A stretch of DNA of 64,000 nt, taken from the human T2T-CHM13v2.0 reference genome, Homo sapiens. The stretch lies in assembly GCF_009914755.1 (NCBI RefSeq), contig NC_060934.1. One strand, given 5' to 3'. The notes beneath the pieces are model-generated. The model did no database searches. It was not told where the DNA came from and worked only from the letters and a program-made list of their open reading frames with translations. Shown here piece by piece: positions 54,521 through 64,000 of this stretch (position 1 is its first letter; each line of letters begins with the position of its first letter). The position numbers were made by a program, and so were the translations under genes.

Positions 54521-54991
54521 CATCCAGCCACCAATCCCAACAAGGCCTTCACATAAAGGAGATCCCTTAAAACATGTCTGAATTCTGAGGGCCCACAAAT
54601 AATGGTACTTTATCAGGGGAAACTCAATATATTACTTGTAACTTATAATCTCACTGAAGGCAAATTTGTTAAAAGAGACTGACAGTACCTTCATTTCAAT
54701 ATGAGGCTGTGTTAGGCTGTGATTAAACAGGTCAAATTATGCACTTTTAAATGACATATTTAACAAACCCATTTATTGTAGCTTAAAGGACCAGCTGTAG
54801 ACACTTCTAATATAGCTGCTTGAACCAGCTGCAATACCACAATGATTATTTTCAGATTGAATTGCTTATGTTTTAGCCTAGTTTATGAAATATTTTAAGG
54901 TCTTAATTTGTATTAAAGATAACATGCATTGTATTTAATGCTATAGCCCACAGAACATATTGCAGGGATGGATTTAATTTAAGCTAAAAAT

Positions 54992-55227
54992 TCTTTAATT
55001 ACTGCATAAGGAACCACCATGTTGAGTGCAGAAATTGAACTTGCATTCTGGGGCAAAATTTCCATGAGAGTAATAAATTAAATTAAAGCTGAAAAAGTGC
55101 CAATGATTCTCTTTAATTACTGCATAAGGAATAATCATATTGAGTGCAGAAATTGAACTTGCATTCTGAGGCAAAATTTCCATGAGCGTAATAAATTAAA
55201 TTAAAGCTGAAAAATGCCAATGTTTCT
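54992..55227. repeat. 118-bp tandem duplication
   Basis: tctttaattactgcataaggaa...gagtgcagaaattgaacttgcattctg...aagctgaaaaa starts at 54992 and again at 55110. Confidence 0.95.
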
Positions 55228-55734
55228 TTATTGAGTCAAAATATAATATTTGTTTTGAAGGCATCTATGTTTTGTATTAAGCACCCTCTCCTCTATCTCA
55301 GCAGCTGTAACTCAAGTATGTCAATCATGGGAAGACCCTTTTGGACCTCTGTCCCCTCTCTCCTTTCCCACCTTCCGCCACACCACAATCTCCTCCATCA
55401 GCCTCTCACAGTCTTTCTCATCTTCAATATATGAGATGGGTTCTACTTAATAGCATTTTCAAATCAGTTAAAATCAGTTAAAATCATTTCAAACAATACA
55501 CTAAGTTATTAATCTCTCATTCTGAAAGTCCACATTCAGAAAATGGAAGTTAGCTAAAATATATTTTCATTGATATACTATTTTTCTTTGTTAGAATCAG
55601 AGGTAGGATTCTAGCCCAAATATAAGTTCTCTGAAGGCAAAAACTTATTCATTACTATTTAACAAACATTTGAATTTTCCTCTGTAATACAGACACGACT
55701 TTATTATGGATTTTAATCACTGTACAGCAGGTTT

Positions 55735-56128
55735 TTTTTGAAATATTTATTTGTGATAGAAATACACGTAACATAAAATTGACCCTCCTATTTTTAAGTG
55801 TACAGTTCAGTAGTGTTAATTACATTCACATTATGTGCAACCAATCTCCAGAACGCTTTTCATCTTGCAAAACTCAAACTTTGTATTCATTAAACAAGAA
55901 ATCCTCTTGTCTCCTCCAAGCCCTTGGCAACCACCATTCTACTTTCTGTCTCTATGGATTTGAATATGCTAAGTATCTCATATACACAGAATCATATAAT
56001 ATTTGACTTTTTGTTACTGGCCTATTTCACTTAGCATAATGTCCTAAAGGTTTATCCATATCATAGGATGTGTCAGAATTCCCTTCCTTTTAAAGGTAAT
56101 TTTATAAATAATATGCCATTGTATGTAC
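55735..56128 (-). mobile_element. L1MB-like 3' end fragment
   Basis: ttttaagtgtacagttcagtagtgtt...cccttggcaaccaccattctactttctgtctctatg. Confidence 0.8.
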
Positions 56129-56137
56129 CTGAGGAGA

Positions 56138-57061
56138 TTTTTTGTTTTTATTATTATTTTTCATTTCAATAAGTTTTGGGGGAACAGGTGGTGTTTGGTT
56201 ACATGAGTAAGTTCTTTAGTGGTGATTTCTGAGATTTTGGTGCACCCATCACGCAAGCAGTGTACACTGTACCCAGTGTATAGTCTTTTATCTCTCACCT
56301 GCCTCCAACCCTTTCCCCAAGTCCCCAAAGTCCAATATATTATTCTTATGCCTTTACGTCCTCATAGCTTTGTCACACTTATGAGTGAGAACATACGATG
56401 TTTGGTTTTCCATTCCTGAGTTACTTCACTTGGAGTAATGGTCTCCAATTCCATACAGGTTGCTGCAAGTGCTATTATTTCATTCCTTTTTATGGCTGGG
56501 TAGTATTCCATGGTGTATATATACCACATTTTTTTTATCCGCTTGTTGATTGGTGGGCATTTGGGCTGGTTCCATATTTTTGCAATTGCAAATTGTGCTG
56601 CTATAAATATGCATGTGCAGGTGTCTTTTTTGTATAATGACTACTTGTTCTCTGGGTAGATACCCAATAATGGGATTGCTGGATCAAATGGTAGATCTAC
56701 TTTTAGGTCTTTAAGGAATCTCCACACTGTTTATCATAGTGGCTGTACTAGTTTACATTCCCATCAGCAGAGTAAAAGTGTTCCCTTTCCACCACGTCCA
56801 CACCAACATCTATTATTTTTTTATTTTTTGATTATGGCCATTCTTGCAGGAGTAAGTTGATATCATATTGTGATTTTGATTTGCGTTTCCCTGATAATTA
56901 GTGATGTTGAACATTTTTTCGTATGTTTGTCAGTCATTTGTATATCTTCTTTTTAGAATTGTCTATTTATGTCCTTAGGCCACTTTTTGAAGAGATCATT
57001 TGTTTTTTATTGCTGATTTGCTTGAGTTCCTTGTAGATTCTGGATATTAGTCTTTTGTCAG
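56138..57061 (-). mobile_element. L1PB (L1PB1-like) 3' end, 5'-truncated
   Basis: ttttgggggaacaggtggtgtttggttacatgagtaagttctttagtggtgatttctgagattttggtgcaccc is diagnostic of L1PB. Confidence 0.9.
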
Positions 57062-57064
57062 GCA

Positions 57065-57460
57065 CCCCATTGCAGTAGCCATGTTCTCTTTATTGGAAGT
57101 GAGTTACTAGGTCCTGCTGACACTCAGGAAAGTGAGATTACACAAGGACATGAATATTAGGAGGCAGGGATCAGGGGCCGTTTGTAGAGGTTGCCTACCA
57201 CTGTACCCAAACATGGTAGCAATAACAGAGCTAGCATTTAATATGAGTTTACCACCTGCCAGGAAAAACACACTGTACATATTATTCTCACACAGTCCTG
57301 TGAGGGAGGTAAAGTTATTAGCCTCATTTAATGAATGAGGAAACTGAGGCAAATGAAGGTTAAATAATGAAAGTCCCACAGTTTGTGTGTAGCATCCTCA
57401 GGCTTCAAAATGTGATAATCTGACTCCAGATACCATGCGTTTAACCTCAATGCTAAATTT
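57065..57460 (-). mobile_element. MLT1 LTR fragment (to about 57201) followed by a MIR
   Basis: gattacacaaggacatgaatattaggaggcagggatc...gcctaccac, then gaggaaactgaggc...ctgactccaga. Confidence 0.65.
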
Positions 57461-60400
57461 TCTCTGATTAAATAGCTCAACAAATGGTAGCTGTTGTCAT
57501 TAAATGCAAGGGCAATTGATGTGGCAAAGAATATTAAAGGAGGGAGCAGTGGGGAAAGAAAATCCAGGAGATGGGTTCACCAGCTATCCTGGGTAGCTCT
57601 ACTCAAGAAACTGAGAAAGGAGATGAAATTCCCTAGCCAGGAGAAAATGTGGCAATTTCTTTTGGGTTAAGTCCAAGAACCACCATTAAGTCTTGGAGAC
57701 TAGGGTTATCAGGAGAGCATCTTTAAGGCTAAAAGGCAGGGGTCTGACTCAGAAAGAAAAGAGCCTTGCTAAAGACAGCATTGTAGTCTCAAGAGACAGG
57801 ACGGCATCCTAGACATGGATACTTGGGAAAGAGCTTTAGAGCCTTAAACATCGGCAACCAAATTGTGATTTTTATTTTCTAACTCAGAGGCCTTTGGGGT
57901 AAAAGTTTTGGTCTGGGACTCCCAGATAAGGTTATTGTTTTTGGCAAGAGAGAAAAAGAAAAAAAATAGAGCATTTACTGAAATAACATGTACTCTTTCA
58001 TCTGTTTCCTTATATTTGAAAATGTTGTTTCAAAAAAGATTCATGATTCAAAGGCTAAGATTGCATTACATCCCTGGAAAGGAAATAATGGCCATGCACG
58101 TGACACCTGGCAAACAGTTCCGCCACCCAGGGCCTTGGGAGCACTTATCATTCTAGCAAAAACTGGCTTTTAGGGAGTGAAACGACAGCCTCTCCTTTCT
58201 AAGCCAAACATGTGGTCAGAACATTTGGTTAGAGGGCAGGAAACAGCAAATAAAGGTAGTTTCATTTGGACTCTTGGTCACTAGTTACATCCAAAAAGAG
58301 ATTCTTAATGGAAGTCACAGCTGGTGCTCAGGTAGTTAGTCAATGGTGCTAGCAAAATCATAACAGACAGTGGCATATGTTACTGGGTTTTTTGAGGAAA
58401 GAGAAAAAAAATCACTTCTTCACTACTGTCCAACTCAGGGCCAGAATACGGAGTGGAGAAGTGTGAATAGCATGTAACAAGCTCTTCTCATCTTGAGATA
58501 TGGTTCACTTTAAGAATGCAATGTGAGTTTTTTTTTTCAATTGGAGAATGAATTATTTTAAGGATAACTACTTTGCATTTATAAGTATTGTTTAATTTAG
58601 GAAAAGATTCTATTAAGACTTCAGAGTTCCCATCCATCAAAATTTTGTTTGGAAGCATGCTTGAAATCACGGCCTTGCAAAATTTTGAAGCTCAAGGAGA
58701 CACTGGAGGTCAGCACAGATCTGGGAATCTTAGGGATCGTTGTTTGGGGAATAGAGACCGGGAAGGAGATCACATTGCTACTAGCAAAATAAAACTTTCC
58801 TTAACTTGATTGTGACAGGTCGGAAATAAGGTTGGGACAAGAGGCAGGCTGGATGTATCCATGGAATTTGTTTCCTTCCCTAACTAATGGCTGTAGCTTG
58901 AAAGAAAGATGCATCAAAAAATTGTCTTTCTGAAGTTTTTGCTTTGTATTTACTAGATTTTCTTCATCCCAAAGCAGTTTAAAGGAATCTCTTTATTCCT
59001 GAAGAGAATCTGATATCCAAGTTCTAGTAAAGGGGTGAGATCTCAGATATGTTGAAAATTGTGGAATTCTGTTATTTTCTTTGATTACTATTATACCACT
59101 AGTTCACTCTTCACCACCTCAATCAGTATAAAACATCTAAATATAAACTATTTTAGGTCTTTAGGTCAGAATTCACTCTATGTCATCTTTGCATTCACCA
59201 TTCTGCCCAAGATGCTCAGCATGTTGCTGTGAACATTGGGTAAATGGTAACACTTTCTAGTATGTCAGTAGTGAAGGCTCAGATCAGACACAATGCCTGC
59301 AGCCTAATAACAACAGTCTCTGCTTCTCACAATCTGAGCAAATTATACCCAAATACAAGGGTTGAAAGCATTGAAGGAAAGTTTTTTAAAGTCCTAGTTG
59401 ATCCACAAGAACATGCATCCATTAATTAACTTTTAAAAAAGTTATTGAGCACCTGCATTTCAGGCACTCTCCTGGGTGCTGAGGCTTACGGTATAAGCAA
59501 GACACAATACTTCCTAGAAAAGGACTCTTTCTCTTACATTAAAAACATAATTTGATTTATACAAATTCTGTTTACATTTCACTTATCAAAAATATGTCTA
59601 TTTTTGCCTACATCTGTGTATATCTGTAGTATCATTTATTATTAAAAGACGCCAAATAATATGCAATCTGGCCCTGGAATTACCTCATCATCTTTCCTTA
59701 AGGATGGGAAATGGTGAGAGCTATTACTTTGGGAAATGATCCCAGTTTCATCTGAAATAACTTTGCTTCTTTTTCTTCTAACCCTTTTGTATCTTCCGTA
59801 TATAGTTTGGTCAAGCCAACAGCATTGGAATAATTATTTTCAGGATAACTTTCAAATATATTTTACAATCAGTATAGCTCAGGCAACAATGGGACATAGG
59901 CCATGGAGCTGAAGCCCTATTCTGAGTGCCACTTGTTAATCTGGATGTACTTTCTTTAGATTCTGGGTCTTCAGGGAATTCAGAGAAAGGTCCTGTGGAG
60001 GGGGCTACAGTGTTAGAATGATGGAAATGTTCAGGCTCAGGACAGTACCTACCTACCAAGCTATAAGGGAGTATCTCAACATTTCCACAAATGGCAGAGA
60101 CACACCAGATGCTACATAAAGCATCTTTATAGCTAGTCTCTGGCTACTGCAGAGTTCCATGTAATGCTGAGTTATAGGAAATCTTACTCACTTTCCACAT
60201 ACTCTGCAAAATGAAACTGGCCACCACTATAACCCACATTTCGAAGTGTCATATGCAGACTTCTACATATATATACAAGCCTTTTACTTTTTATTAAAAT
60301 GGCAACTTTTATTTTGTGCCTACCCCAAACGGCTCTTCATTGGGTAGAAATTGCAGCATAGACCTAGTACTACATCATGTGGATTTCCTAGACTGGCAGA

Positions 60401-60838
60401 TCATGCACTGAAAGTTCTAAGATGTTGACATTTCAGTTGCTGCTATACCTTGTTTATGCAGATTGTTATTTGTTTTTTAAAAATTGTATGGGTTTCTTCT
60501 GGTTGTTTGGAATCAGAGGAAGAATAAGGAAGGCAAGGAATAATTGTTCTTTTCCAGTTCAAAACACAGAGATGAGCTCATTTTTCTGTAGAGGTTTGGG
60601 GGATACCTGGAGAAGCCAGAGAGGTCAAGTGGAGGCCCCTTGGAAGGTGGCTGCTCCTGAGACGTGGAGAAAAGACAAGGGACAAGGGCAAAAACGTCCC
60701 CCCCCCACCCCCATGAGGAGATGCAGCCTGGTGGGTGCCCTGCTTTTTGCAAAGTTTGAGGAAAAGTTTACTGTGCACTAAACTGAGAAAGACCTAGAGA
60801 AAAAGAAACAATTCTGAGGAATAACAATGCAGAAAACG

Positions 60839-61150
60839 AAGGAGTGTGATGGCTCACGCCTGCAATCCCAGCACTTTGGGAGGCCAAGGCGAGTGGATTG
60901 CTTGAACCCAGGAGTTCGAGACCAGCCTGGGCAAATGGTGAAACCCTGTCTCTACAAAAAAGACAAAAATTACAAAAATTAGCTGGGCATGGTGACACAG
61001 CCTGTGGTCCCAGCTATGCGGTAGGCTGAGATGGGAGGATTCCCTGAGCCCAGGAGACAGAGGTTTCAGTGAGTCGAGATCATGTCACTGCACTCCTGTC
61101 TGGGTGACAGAGTGACACATGTTTCAAACAAAGATAAAAATTAAAAAATA
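60839..61150 (+). mobile_element. AluJ, full length, diverged
   Basis: gatggctcacgcctgcaatccc...gagatgggaggattccctgagcccagg with A-rich tail; TSD-like aatgca(g/a)aaaac. Confidence 0.9.
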
Positions 61151-64000
61151 ACAATAATGCAAAAACAGTCTTGTTTTACTTGGACTTCTGTCTGGCTTTT
61201 CCCAGATTAATGATCAGTTGTAATATCAATTCATTTAGCACAATGAAAAAGGTTTTAACAATGTTAACAAAATAAAGAGAGTGGCAATTTTGACCTACGG
61301 AAATAAATTATTCACCCTCTTTCCTTTTCCTCCCCCTTCTCTGTTGTTTTCTTCCCTCCTGTCTACTGAATCCCTCACCTCTTCCTGTCTTCCTTTCCTT
61401 TCTTTTCTCATCTTTCTTCTCCCATCCTTCCCTGAAGGAAGAAAGGGACTTTTTAGTTGGCTTCCACAAGGCTTAACTCAGAAATGCAGTATCACCTGTG
61501 CTCTCTAAAAATTAAATCTCACTAGTAACCAATGTGCATCTAGCACCTAGTATGTTTAAACAGATAACTGCAATATTTGCCAAGGTTTTCCTGTTTGCCA
61601 GCTTTACCCACACCCCACTCTCCAACCCCAACCCAACATACACACTAAGACAACCTTCAAGTGTCAGCTTAAGCTGAGAAGAAATCCATGACTTGCTGAT
61701 TTTTGGAGTACAGCAGACCATCAATGCTCTCACACTGTTTCTCCATTTCCTAGCATAATACCTAACACACAGGAGGCATCCAGAGAAAACTTCTCAAATA
61801 AATTATGACAAAGTCATAAATATTGTCTAAATACAGAAAGTCTAAAATGTAAACTTCCTACAGTGCCACATTTTCATGAAAAATCTTCAGCATTTCCTGA
61901 GCAATTTCACAACAAAAGTTAATTGATTTTAGCAAGTTTTACCCCTTACCTCGAGGTCATTTTTACAACAGAGAGTGTATTACTTGACAAGAATTATATG
62001 GTGGCAAGCAATAAGCAGCAACGTCAGAATTCTTTTTTATTCAGCAGGTATTTATCATGTTAAACACTGTGATGGGTGCCAGGGATAAAATCATGAAAAA
62101 GAATCAGTTTGTGTCCTCATAGAACTTATTTTCTCGTGGGTACTTAAGCTGCCTAGACTGGGAAATGGCCCAGACTCTTCAGAGCTGGGTGATTCTCTCC
62201 AGCATATTATTTAAAACTTTTAATTACTACATGTGACAGATAGTCACTGGCAGAAAACTGTAGAAATTAAGGTCATGAATGCTAAGTTATACCACATGTA
62301 CATCTAAGCACTTAGCACATCCAGTGCCTCTGGAAGACGGTCTTCTCTTTCTCCTAGAATCAATGTCACTTCCTTATATCAATCAGGGAAGTGCTTTAAT
62401 ATGCATCTTACCTTTTTAGCTCAGAAAATAATAATTTAGAGTTTGGAATTTGCTCCATTTTCAAATTGTCTGAATGCTCAGTTGTCAATTGTCTTAATGC
62501 CAAAATTTCGACAACTGACCTATATTCAGTCCAGTGTACAAGTAGAGTTATTTTTTCCAAGATTGACATAGATTAGTATTATTTGCACCACATCTTAGGG
62601 CAAGTTTCCTCTGCAAATAATTGTTAACATGTGAAAGTCAGACCACGGGTGTAGCTCATCTCCTGGAACAAGTTTTTGCCAACCCAAAGTGGGAATGGCT
62701 TGTGGTGGGTTTAAAACCACTGTGCAATCCATTCCTGGGCCCAGCTCAGGGCCAGGCCTTGCCCATGGAACTGCCTGTGTGTGCAACACACAGTGAGACA
62801 TGGCTTCGGTCCCGACCAAAACAAGCAAACAAGCATCATTACTCACAGAGTTGTTCATGGAATAATTAAACCAAAAGCAGAAATCCACGGTAAAAAAATG
62901 TTTTTAAAGTCGGAAGTATGGAGACCAAACTGAAATAAAAATGGTGGAGTAGGAGGAGTCTGAATATCAACAGTCCAATATTAGAAAGAGGAACAAAAAC
63001 AGAAAACTGTTTCAAAAAGAGAGACAGGGTATGTCAGGGTCGAGGCACAGCAGTAAGAATTCAAGAATAAGGTCTTGAACACCAAGTATTTTTAAAAATT
63101 CTTGTGCCCTGACACAAAATGCAAGTCATGGCAGTATATAAAAAAGTAGAAGCAGGCTAGAAAATAACTTACATAGTTTATATGGACATGACTTGCTCTA
63201 GGAAAAAAATCTGCTTTCAGTATTCCATTCATTCTCAATTACTGAACCTCCCAGACAAGACCTCTTCTGTCTTCTCCCCTTCCTAAGGCACATTACCCCC
63301 ACCGTAATTACATAAAAATGTCTGTTAACCAAATTTTGTCCCTTTGCCTTGAGCTCCTGATGTGATTAGAAATCGTGGTGAAAGGACAGAATAATATGAA
63401 TAATTGCAACGGAGATGAATAGTTCTCTTGGTCATCCAGATGCTTAAACATATCTAGATTTTTGTCTCCATGCCAAGAAAACATTTGAGATAATTTAGTG
63501 CATTTTGCATTTTTCCTCCATGGGTGAAATCACAAATAATTTGTGCCTTTTAGCCACATTCTTTCCAAGAAATGGAAAATTTTATCCCCAAAATTAAGAT
63601 TCCCAAGATACCTAACACCTAAATCTAATTATTTCCAAATTCCCAAAGAGAATTTTTCTCCAAATAAATTTGTTCAAATAAATGTCTTTTGATGTACCAT
63701 CCATTTAGAGAAGCTTGTGATGAGCACGTTGCTTGACGAACAAGTTTTAAATAGACCAGTCTTCTTAATTCTCTGACAAAGACACAAACAAATAAGTCAA
63801 TAAATAAAAAATGAAGATAAAGTTGCATTAGGTGAACCAGTGGTCTCCAGTCTTATAACTTAAGGGGGCCTGTTGATCTTAAAACTTGACCTAATATGTA
63901 GCATGTGATGAAGTTATTTAAAGAAACGTAAAACACTAAAATTGATTAATGTTTCCTGGCTCTCTCAGTAATGTTCCAAATGATCTCTTACATGTTTCTA

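Overview
Primate (human-like) non-coding genomic DNA with no intact protein-coding exon. The hairpin at 47197-47273 matches my recollection of hsa-miR-4679 (MIR4679-1/-2, one on each strand). From recalled annotation, that places the window on 10q23.31, starting in the distal 3' UTR of FAS (poly(A) signal at 925-930) and running into the intergenic region downstream; a BLAT search should confirm this. The rest is mostly interspersed repeats: solo LTRs (LTR12/ERV9, MER61-like, MSTA x2, THE1B, MER31, MLT, LTR16-like), a near full-length L1MA, truncated L1PA/L1PB/L1M copies, about 11 Alu copies or fragments, MIR and L2. The most notable structures are: (1) a nested L1 > poly(A) retrocopy > LTR12 cassette whose promoter points back at the FAS 3' end; (2) a poly(A) site apparently built from an old antisense L1; (3) a strong CTCF motif; and (4) repeated template-switch-like signatures, including a second palindromic hairpin at 24398-24474 and several short dispersed or tandem duplications. 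Repeat subfamily names were assigned by eye and some boundaries are approximate.
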